DNA of 60,867 nt, filler included, from Sluysia triapertura (Eukaryota), in the NCBI GenBank assembly GCA_046118255.1. It is 5 parts of 5 records of this genome, joined end to end, with 100 filler letters (N's around TTAATTAATTAA, not from the genome) between each part and the next. Parts side by side here need not be neighbours in the genome. Positions count along the whole stretch, not along the records: positions 48,532 to 60,867 come from JBJNIA010118528.1; 4 more parts are not named here. One strand, written 5' to 3'. Every line of letters starts with the position of its first letter. Position 1 is the first letter of the stretch. The notes beneath the pieces were generated by a model. That model was not told where the DNA came from and searched no databases. It saw nothing but the letters and a program-made list of their open reading frames with translations. Of the stretch, positions 50,736-60,867 are shown in pieces. Made by a program: the position numbers and the translations under genes.

Positions 50736-51924
50736 CATCATCATCATCTTTATCATTTTTAATTACCACTGTCATTCTTGACAGTTTTTCATTAATTTAA
50801 CTTTATAGTGCTGTCAATGAATGACAGTTTTGTAATTGCCGTTAAACAAGTCTCTGTTATTGGTCAACTAATTAGACAAGCACCATTTTATTTTAATTCA
50901 TAATCATTTTAGATATCACAATTGTTTTGGAAGTCACAATTATTTTTGTAATGAACATTTAATATTATACAAACTTTATGTTATTAAATATGTTTTTATT
51001 GATAGTATAAATTTTATGTTGAATATATATTCAAGTTTTATTTTCAATCATTTCATTTATAAAGAAATGAGAAAAATTCAATAAACTAAAAGTTCTAATT
51101 GAAATAAATAAAGTTAATTTAATTAATAATCTGAATAATTTAATTAATTCGATAACAAATAAATCTGAAACATTTTATAAGCATCTAAAGAAATTACCAG
51201 AATGAAATGTGTTTGTGATTGTAGTGTGTAGATATGGAGTTCACTACAGTGAAGAACGAATGTATGCTAATTTTATTTTTGTAAATTACTATTAAATATT
51301 AAAATTAAATTTTTTATTATTATATTTATAATTTTATTTCTGAAAGAGGAATGCTATATCATGCATCACTTAGCTTATTATCAGTGAAAATTTTGATAAC
51401 ATTCATTAAATAAATCCATACTATGCAGGTATTCAATGAACAATACTTAAGAGAAAGTAACGTGACAATTAATATTGGATGTGTTACAATACTTTTGGTT
51501 AAATCAATAAAATATATAGATAAATATAAATATAGATAAAGTTTCAGTGCTTTAACGATTTCGTCTTAATATAAATAAGTATAACTTTAAGAATGATTTT
51601 ATACCTTTAACAAAGGAAACCTTACAAAAATAAACTTACAAATTGTATATAATCTTGTTGAAGTATGATCATAATAATTGACGAGAAACCCAATAAAAAG
51701 TAATCTGCAACAAGGTTTAAATTTCTTTTAACTGATCGGCTTAATCCAATTTTCAAACAGACCACAAAATTGTTTGATACTTTCCTACTGTTTAGATCAG
51801 TCGATGTCACGTAAATCCAAATACTTTATTTTATTTCGAAAAATTAATTATTTTGTGTACAAAAATTTATTATTTTATTACATTTTGTTTCAAAATTTGT
51901 TACGCTTTTATTACTGTAATTTTG

Positions 51925-51961
<37 letters not shown>

Positions 51962-53432
51962 GTAGTAGTAGTAGTAGTGTTAGTATTATTACAAAGAGCC
52001 TTATAATTTTCTTTAATATTACTTTAATGTCTCCAACTTTTAAATTTGAAATTTTTGATTTTAATATTTCAAAATTTAAAACATTTTTGTTAAAATTAAA
52101 ATATTATTATTATTATTACGACAGTTTAATAGTTTTATATTTTGTCCTATAAATGTAAAGTTGTATTTCAATTGAAAGTTTAAAATTTATAAGTTTATTT
52201 TGGTCTTATATTTAATATTCTCGATATGAAAATTAATTGAAAATTGAATGTTTAACATAAAATTGGATAATTAAATCAATTTATAAAAATCAATTATTGT
52301 TTTATTTTCTGAATAAGGTAATTAAAATGAGAATGAAGTCACACTATTAAACAAAATACATGCCTCGTGGTAGTAATATTTAAATTGATTAATTATGAAA
52401 GTTTTAAAGATGTTTCTTTTATATTTAATTAATAAGCCAATAATAACCGAAATTTAAAGTTAACTATGTGTGGCTTACTGAAGTTACTTTTTTAGAATTA
52501 ACACTTGATTTTTTTGTCCATAGGCGTATCCTGATTGTGCTCATGGGAGTTTATTTGTTCCTTAAGCAAATTATTAAACGTTCTAGTTTCAGTCATTATG
52601 TACTTAGTTTTTATATACGTAGTCCTTGTGTACTCAGTTTTTGTGGAATAAATTTTTCACTACTTTATTTCTATTTTAAATTTAAATTTTGTATATTAAA
52701 AATAATTGTTAATAATACATATGTTCATTATAATGTAAGGCCCCACGTAGCACTAATCGAAATTTAAAAGTAATAAAATGTATTATAAATTAGTAATTCA
52801 AAAATTAAACTCAACCATAACTTTATTGAATCCTATTAAGAAAATAAATGAGAGATTATAATGGTGACGTTTTAAATAATTCAGCATTAATAAGTACTGC
52901 ATAAATATATAAGTCACACACACTAAGAATTATATAGGTGTACCCAGATTATTAAAAATCTAGACAACTATTTTCTTAATTTTCTTTAAATCGTCTCCAT
53001 TTTAAATATAAATACAGATGGACCCTAAATTTAAGATTATTTGTAAGGAGTTTTCTCAGTTAAAACATCTGCATACTTTTTTTAATACTGATAATAAGGC
53101 ACAGTTCATTTGATGCAATATAAAAATAAAAACATGAAATAACTGAAATAAGAAGTAATGTTTTAAATTTGTTCGGTTTTATTTCAGTTTATTCAATCAA
53201 ATAAAAAATGTAAATGATCAAACTGCATTTAATTATTAACTATCACAATTCAAAATGTATGGAAATTTCGAGTTTCGGTTTTTAATTATTTTAACAATTA
53301 TAATTTTTTAAAAATTTTGAAGTAAATATTAATAAAAATTCATTTTTCATTATGAATAATAAATTTATTGCATTTAAATTTAATAATTATATTTGTCCAA
53401 GGCTTTGTTGAAATAATGTCGTTTTATATAAA

Positions 53433-54410
53433 ATGGCTAAGATCAGTTACAACAAAACTAGATTGTTTTTGAATCAAAAAGGACAACAAATAAAATTAAC
53501 AAGAGTAGCCACAAATATAACTCCACCTGATCAACATTTAGCATTAATTGAATTCAAGAAATTCCAAACATTAATTACAAAAAAGAATCGTAATAATTTT
53601 ACAAAAGATTATTTGTTAACATGTATGTTTAATGAAACAAATGTTGCAATAAAAGCATCAAAAATAAAAAAAAATCAATTAGAATGCAGTATTATTTCGA
53701 CTAGTAAATATGAAAATAACTCCAATTTAAATCCAAAAACAACTCAAATGAAAGTTTATAATGAACATAGATTTTTAGTATTTACAGCTACTGAAGTATC
53801 TAAAATCATTATGAATAATTTTCAATTTAATGGTTTTAAATATCATTTAATAGATTGTCGTTATTCTTACGAATATGATGGTGGACACATTGTTGGATCA
53901 ATTAATATTTGTAATTTTTGGCATTTATTATTATTTATTTTTTATTCTCAAATTTTTTACAGAAATGTAAATAAATTATCAAACAAAGATTTAAAAGTAA
54001 TAAATACAATCAAAAATATATATCGAAATTTTATTTCCTCAGATTCATATACAAAGGAGTCAAGAGAAAAGATGCTCAAAGTAGCACGGAAAAAGTGGAA
54101 AAATGAAAAACTTATATTATATTGTGAATATTCTACATTTCGAGCTCCATATTTGGCCAGATTATTGCGAATGTTTGACAGGGTCATTAATGATTCGTAT
54201 CCGAATTTAATCGTACCGTATGTTTATATATTAAAGAAAGGATATCGTAATTTTTATAATAAATATCCTAATCTTTGTTATCCTTCGCATTATATTGCAA
54301 TGAAAAATGGTTCAAGTGAAAGTAAATTTGATTTCGAATATGTTAATGAAATAAGAGAAAAGGAGTATTCTAATTTTATTAAAACAATATTTAAAGTGGA
54401 TGTACATTAA
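53433..54410 (+). CDS. CDC25: Cdc25-family (rhodanese-fold) M-phase inducer phosphatase, intronless, 325 aa
   Basis: IDCRYSYEYDGGHIVGSINI, catalytic CX5R loop YCEYSTFRAP, DRVIN.SYPNL..PYVYILKKGY.NFY and CYPSHYIAM are diagnostic of Cdc25. Confidence 0.93.
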   Translation: MAKISYNKTRLFLNQKGQQIKLTRVATNITPPDQHLALIEFKKFQTLITKKNRNNFTKDYLLTCMFNETNVAIKASKIKKNQLECSIISTSKYENNSNLNPKTTQMKVYNEHRFLVFTATEVSKIIMNNFQFNGFKYHLIDCRYSYEYDGGHIVGSINICNFWHLLLFIFYSQIFYRNVNKLSNKDLKVINTIKNIYRNFISSDSYTKESREKMLKVARKKWKNEKLILYCEYSTFRAPYLARLLRMFDRVINDSYPNLIVPYVYILKKGYRNFYNKYPNLCYPSHYIAMKNGSSESKFDFEYVNEIREKEYSNFIKTIFKVDVH

Positions 54411-54601
54411 CGAGATTATAAAATTTATATGTTCAAATTGCATTAACAACATATACTTCATCAATAAATGGTAAGTGTTAATTTTAATTAATTAATTAAT
54501 TTAGATACTATTAATTTGTAGAATAAATAAACTGACTTATACAATAAAGTCAAAATTCCGTAAAAAGTAACGCACAGTTTTTATTTTTAATTTTCCATTA
54601 T

Positions 54602-54956
54602 TTAACCCTATCATTACCAAGTATTGACAAAATTGTCGATAGCTATTTTAATTAATAAACATATTGAGCTAAAACTTATTGTAGTTTTTTGAATCATAAA
54701 ACATGAATTTTTACTTTTAATTTTGCGTTAGTTAAAGTTCAAGTAGAAAGAAGAAACATATTTGGATTGCACATTGATATTTTGGGCAGAATCACCATCA
54801 ACATTCCGAAGATGCTTTATTTGTTATAAATATTCTGTCACATGCGAAGAAAAGCAAAAACTAAATGAATGCAGCAATTATGTTTGTCTTTTACATTCAA
54901 AGAAGAAAATAATATATTGTGGACATTTTTGTCCATGTTTGGTATACAAGTTATGA
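54602..54956 (+). mobile_element. piggyBac remnant: TIR plus C-terminal cysteine-rich domain
   Basis: TTAAccct terminus at 54602; frame RRCFICY...ECSNYVCLLHS...YCGHFC resembles the piggyBac cysteine-rich domain. Confidence 0.65.
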
Positions 54957-56163
54957 ATATTATTTCTACGCAGGACAGAATTTAAAAGTTCACTATTCGG
55001 TATGAAACGAGAAACTAGAAGAAAATTAGTTCTTCGTATTCAAGGTGTAGCATCGACAATTAACAATTTGATATTTTATTCTGTTGTGAACTTTCATAAT
55101 ATTTTTGAAATTTAATTTTTTATACCTTTTGTTAAATTTGTGCGTCACTTTTTATATAGTTCCAATATATTTTAGAAATTAATTGTGATTTATACAAAAT
55201 ATAAATAAAGAAATAGTTCAATAATAAATCTAATCATTCACGGAAAAAATATATTTCATAATATGTGTGTAATAGAAAAACTTATTTTCTTATTTTAAAA
55301 ACTTTAGAATGTTGAAGTGATTTGACAATCATAAAAAGTATAAAATTATTGATTTTATGTGAAATAGAAAAATCATTTTAGGTTAACAAAATATGTTTTG
55401 CTTTCGTATTTCATTTAGGAATACGTTGCAATAAAAAGAACATAGTTGAATGCAATCAAAGAGTTTATAATTGCAATGAAGGCAGTATTGAAATTTTAGA
55501 TCAATCAGAACATATGCCCAAATTTATCAGAGAATCACATAACTTATTACAGTTGTGTCCGCTTATAAGTTACTATGATTTATGGCCTGCACCACCCCAC
55601 TTTGATTTTAATAATTTAATAATTTCACTTTTACCCCATTTGAGATAATTTACCCTGCTCCTCTGTAACTAAATTATGAACTACTCCGATTTCTACAGTC
55701 TATAACTGCCTTATACAGTTATACATCATGCAATAAGTTGAATGTTTGGGGATTAAAATTAAAATTATTCAAATTTTTGTTCATCGTCATTAATCCCTGA
55801 CTTGGGCTTCGATTAATTTTTTATTTTTTCAAAGATGTTTTGAAACTTCTACGGAAACGTGTTGAAAATAATGCCAATATATGTGGAATCTTCTTTTGGT
55901 GTTTAATTTCTTGACTTAATGGGTGTAGTATCGCTGTACATTCTATATAAATTGTTATATCTTAAAGACATACATTGTGGTTTCTGGATTTTTTAAACTA
56001 CCTCCACAATCTAATTATTTATAGATTAACATTACGATTTTTACATCGACTCTTACTTTTACTTGTGACCAATATAATTCTTTACTTGAAAATTTATTCT
56101 TGATGAAATGATTAAATACTAAATATAACTTTGTACAATCAACATTATTATTATGATCTATAT

Positions 56164-56230
56164 CAGCGTTTCTCAACCTTTTTGCCCCGCGACCCAATAA
56201 AAATTTTTTCAGATTGTTGTGCAACCCAAT
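56164..56230 (+). mobile_element. hAT (Charlie/Buster-like) terminal fragment
   Basis: cagcgtttctcaacctttttgccccgcgaccc is typical of CAGnGnTTCTCAACC hAT termini. Similar hAT-type ends occur at ~10594 and ~36375-36422. Confidence 0.6.
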
Positions 56231-58228
56231 TTTTTATTACACAAAGGAATGCTAAGAAATAAAAAAGACGTACTATTGGCGCTAATTAGCGTTTTGATTG
56301 TATAAATTAATTTTTTTGTATTTAAATTTATATTATATATTATATTACTTATACTAAGCCATGAGTCCGTGACCTTTCTAAGATTTGATTTTATCTTTAA
56401 TTGGTATATACACTAATAAATTATAAGTTCACTAGATTACAATGATTAAAAATTTTCATCGAAACCAACTTCATTGTTTTATTAATCAAATTTGTGGTTT
56501 CTAATTTTTCTGAAATATATACATTTATGGTAGTTTCATATTTAAATTTAATTTGACTATTTTAAAAGTTTTAAATTACTATTAATAATAAAATGTAAAA
56601 CCAAATAAGCCAAACATAAAACCAAATAAAATTTTAAATTTTTATTACCGGTTTTAATATCCAAATTATTAAATATTGATTTAACAAATTAACTTAGCAC
56701 AAATTTATAAAATTACCAAATATTGTATATCAACTATCAAATAGTATTTATAGATCAAATATAGCAATATCAACGAATATTCTCGAACAAATATTACCAA
56801 ATTGTTATTTCTGTTTTTCGATATTGTTTATTATTGGACTTGAAATTATCAAAAATTAATTGCACATTCGAATAATTATATCCCTATATTATCACAAAAT
56901 TACATTTTACGTTTAATTTATTCTATTTAATTAAATTAATATTTTAGAATTTGTTAATTTTACATATTAAATTGTTACTATTTTATTCAGATATTCTATT
57001 AGCCTTCAGCATTTGCTTTATTCATTCATTTAATGTATCACTCAGCATACTACTATTCATTTATTTGCAGCATTGAAACTAATACTACTAACAGTATTCA
57101 TATTTTTGTAATTAATTTAGTGACTAATCATTGAATTTATTAGAATCGTTTGTTTATGTATTTGGCTTATCATTATTTATTAACGTATTTATTAACTTTT
57201 CATTTACAATTTCGGTTCATCTAACATCTTATATAATTATTATAATTACACGATCAGGTACATACGTGTTTAATATACTTGATGTTATTGAAATTTATTA
57301 ACACATTTTATCTATTTATTCATATTTTAATTGAATTTTAAATGATTATAGAGTTTTTCATTAATCACGTATAGGTTAAACATTTTTAGGTTCAGGAATT
57401 AAACATGTGTCACCATAATGGATTAACAAATCATAATTATGAGTTAATTTTTTCACCTTTAAACTAGTCCTTGAACTAATGGTGTCGATAGTGGTAACAA
57501 CAATAATGATGATACTCGTAAATTTTACAAAGGTTAAATTTAATAGCGATAATAATTGAAAGCAATAGTATAGACTGATAAATGTACTATTATAAAAGTT
57601 AAAGTTTGGTGATGAAGATAAGGGAGTTGATGTAGTGTTATATAATAATATATGTCGGTTATGTTTTAAGTCATTTTACAATTCGCCCATAATTACAAAC
57701 AAATCAACACAAAAACTGCGTGTAAAAGTGGCTAGCACATTTTCCTAAAATAGACACTAAGATATTAGAAAATCTCAAAAATCATACACCAATTGTGACA
57801 TTATGATAAAAATCAAAAATTATAAATACCAATAAAATTAATTTTAATTTATGATTTAAATTATAATTTTATAAAAAATTTAATTATGAAAATTTAATTT
57901 CGAATAGAATTTGAAATTGTGAATTCAATGGATCTAGATTTTTTAGAATCCGGGAAACTTGAGAAACATGAAAAGATAGTGATGAATGAAGACGCACAAT
58001 GATTCGAAGAGGATTTATGCATTATGTTATGCTATTAAAAGACATTATATCGCAACAAGTTATTTTGACTTTCGAATGCACAAACATTTAATCACTAATA
58101 TAAGTAAATATTTTAAATGTTTAAATAAAATAATCAATCCAGAAATTTAGTCAGTATTAAACATTTGTACACTCTAAATTTGTTTAAAATGACTTGTGAT
58201 AATTATTAAAAATGATTACAATACTAAC

Positions 58229-59750
58229 CTAAAAGGATTAGCGTCATTTCCATTGTCACTGATATGTTTAATCATTTTGTAACGACCAATATTATATGGA
58301 TATCTGAATATTTTATACTTTTTGCTCCTTAATCTAGCACTCATATCGTCATCTTCGCCTCCCCAACCAAAATACAAATTTGAAAAACCATTAACTAACT
58401 TAATTTGATTCAGACTGATTGCACTTACACCACCAAAAAGATCTTCATAAGGTAATCTAACAATATTTTATTTATAAAAATTATCATCACATACTTGTAA
58501 TGAAATTTATCTATGTATGCAGATAAATGACGAGGCGATGATCCACATGCATATAAATTAAAATCATTTTCTGGTATTAGGTCGACATCATGAAATATAA
58601 AACAGTCGTATTTGTCCCACTTTAAACTTTCTATTACACCAATATTAAATAATAAAGCTCTATTGAATGTAGATGATGGTAACTGAAAAATTAAATTTGA
58701 ATATAAAATTTAAGTTTATTGTTATTCATTTCAATTATGAAATTAATGCCACTTCAATCTTCCACAAGGTCTCAACACCTCATATAGGTCTTATTATAAA
58801 TATTTTTACTTTCATGATTCTTATTTCCACAATGTTCAATCCATCAATTTGTATAGTTCTATATGCTTCTATCACATCCCCTAATCCACAGTTGAACAAA
58901 TAAAAATTTATTAACTAATCAATTAACAATAAAATTATTATAAAAATGACTTTTATCATATTGTTATTAGCTAATTTCATTTTTTTTCGCCAGTCGTTTT
59001 ACATCAATTGCCTGATAAGGGGGCTCTCTTCAATGTTGCTATAAGCAAATTGAAAAGTAGATTCTCTTATGTGATACACTGTCACATCAGATGAGTATAT
59101 TTTTACGTACTTTACAAACTAATACATATTTGCTGTTTTAAACGATATAGTTTTATCTAAAGATTGGATTCTTTCATGCCATTACACATTATAAGTCATT
59201 CTTGGATAAAAAATTAGTAATGACCCGTGTAAAATGAAAACTTGCTGATAAACAACTGGCGGATATTGCAGCTAGATTATTACATTTCAAGCTTATTATC
59301 ACTATAGCTTATGTATTTATTTTGTTCAATAACAATAAAATTTACTACGGTCAATATCGTGACTTATTTTATGATATCAATTATAATATTATGTAAACAT
59401 GAGCACGTGACTACTAAAAGATCGAAACATGACACAAAAGTCAAATTTTGAAATTAATATGAAACTAAAACTTAGTTTGATTTCATGATTATAAATTAAT
59501 TGTAATAAATTATAAATTACTTGTTCTACAACAAAAATACCATATGATAATAACTGTCTTTGTAACATTATGTGTAAATTATTGAGCAATATTTTAAGAT
59601 GAGATTCTCGATTACGATACGGAATAATTATGGCTACTTTTTGTACTGAATCACAGTGACGTGGAAACCAATGTCCCTGTTCTACATTCGAATATCGAGA
59701 TTTGATCTTACTCCAACTTGGAATAAACATATCTGGCACAAATTTACCAA
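58229..59750 (-). CDS. Beta-1,4-galactosyltransferase/GalNAc-transferase (GT7), exons 59750-59521, 58682-58495, 58456-58229; first and last exons not identified
   Basis: KVAIIIPYRNRESHL, YGIFVVEQ, FNRALLFNIG, CFIFHDVDLIPEND, PRHLS, LPYEDLFGGVSA, VNGFSNLYFGWGGEDDDM and GRYKMIKH, with GT-AG phase-consistent junctions. Confidence 0.95.
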
Positions 59751-60174
59751 CTAAAATTATATTGAAATAAGTATAAATTCTTATTTTTGTAATTTTCTTT
59801 GAAATAATAATTGAATGTAACATTCATAAAATTAAAAATTTGAAAATCTGTTAGTTTGCAATCATTATCCTTATGTTTGGATCAATAATATAATAAATAG
59901 AGGAAGTGAAAGTAGATATAATTGGACAAATGTATGGAGGCTTAATTTAAACCATATTGAAATAATAATGAAGTTGAAGATTTTAGAATTATCAAAACCT
60001 TTAGAGTATTTTAAGATCCTTGAAGAAGCTTGAGATTATATTAAATTTTTTCTTGCAAATTTTAAAGAACTATCGAACATGTAAACTTTAAGACTATTTA
60101 AGAACTTGTCAATCTTTAAGCACTTAAGATTATCTAGAAACTTTGTAAGTGTTTAAGACCATCTGATAAGCAAG

Positions 60175-60299
60175 GTCACCGGTCATTTGACCAATACCTA
60201 TATACAAAATTAGTGTTAAATTATAAAATGGTAAAAAATAATACAATTTCAGAGTATTGTTTAAAATAAAAACTAAAAACAGTCACTTTAGTGTTAAAT
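60175..60299 (-). mobile_element. piggyBac-type MITE end, same family as 29143-29293
   Basis: Reverse-complement match to 29143-29293; ends ...tagtgTTAA. Confidence 0.7.
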
Positions 60300-60643
60300 T
60301 GCTAAAATCCTTGAAATAATTTAGAAAATTAAATTCAATGAATTAATAATTATTGTCAGTTGAAAAAAATAAAGGTGAACACCAAGAAGTATTCTGAGTA
60401 TCCTTATGGGTTCCAAATAAATTTAACTCCTTTGTAAAAGCTTTAAGTGTAAGAAAATTCTAATAGATTAATTAATTAAAATTTTAATTAACTTATTTAA
60501 AAACAAAACATTTGAATAATGAATGCCACGCTAAAATTCTGACCGGAGCTAATTCAATCATAAAATCATAAAACTTTTAATTGAAAAAAACAAATAAAAA
60601 TAACAATCAATATCAAACAAATACGTATTTAATTATTTTGTAG

Positions 60644-60739
60644 GTGTTGGGTAACATGCATGTGATTGGAAATTCACGTCAAAAATCTAAAGGCTGCGAA
60701 TGGATTCCGTGTTCGGATATGGCTGGTGCTAATGAATAA
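60644..60739 (+). CDS. Possible terminal exon of an unknown gene
   Basis: Polypyrimidine-TAG acceptor followed by the GC-richer frame VLGNMHVIGNSRQKSKGCEWIPCSDMAGANE*. Confidence 0.25.
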   Translation: MLGNMHVIGNSRQKSKGCEWIPCSDMAGANE

Positions 60740-60867
60740 AGTGGTTTGTCTAAACCACTTCAAAGTTGAAAATAAGGGATCCCAGAGAACTTTGTCATCT
60801 CCAACAAAATTAAACAAATTCAAATTTCAATATATTTCAACTTAATCACAAAGTAAATAAAGACGGT

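Noticed and set aside
51774-52152. Poly-Tyr/Ile/Ser ORFs (also poly-Leu at 42097-42381)
   Set aside because: Products of (ATT)n/(AGT)n microsatellites.

Overview
Very AT-rich eukaryotic (animal-like) genomic scaffold. It has GT-AG introns of two sizes, tiny (~29-43 nt) and kb-scale transposon-filled, plus several N-gaps, four with a TTAATTAATTAA assembly linker. Recognisable host genes: the 3' part of carnitine O-palmitoyltransferase 1 (+), mitoribosomal DAP3/mS29 (+), the 5' part of SPAG1 (+), two exons of an EF-hand C1orf87-like gene (-), an RBMS/Shep-type RRM exon (+), a small 3-exon secreted protein (+), an intronless Cdc25 phosphatase (+) and a beta-1,4-galactosyltransferase (-). Introns and intergenic DNA hold decayed Tc1/mariner, pogo/Tigger, Merlin (ISXO2), piggyBac and hAT remnants. 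The most unusual region is ~40.1-50.9 kb, where a repeated cassette occurs in three full copies and one partial copy. Each full copy has a shared AC-rich leader, an (AAT/ATT)n tract, TGTCA..TGACA-type motifs and a hairpin with compensatory base changes between copies. Each is followed by a different 1-1.6 kb intronless, disrupted ORF, and two of these carry the same atypically spaced CCCH zinc finger. One copy is preceded by a tRNA-Leu primer-binding-site-like sequence. All calls come from manual reading and translation; no database searches were run.
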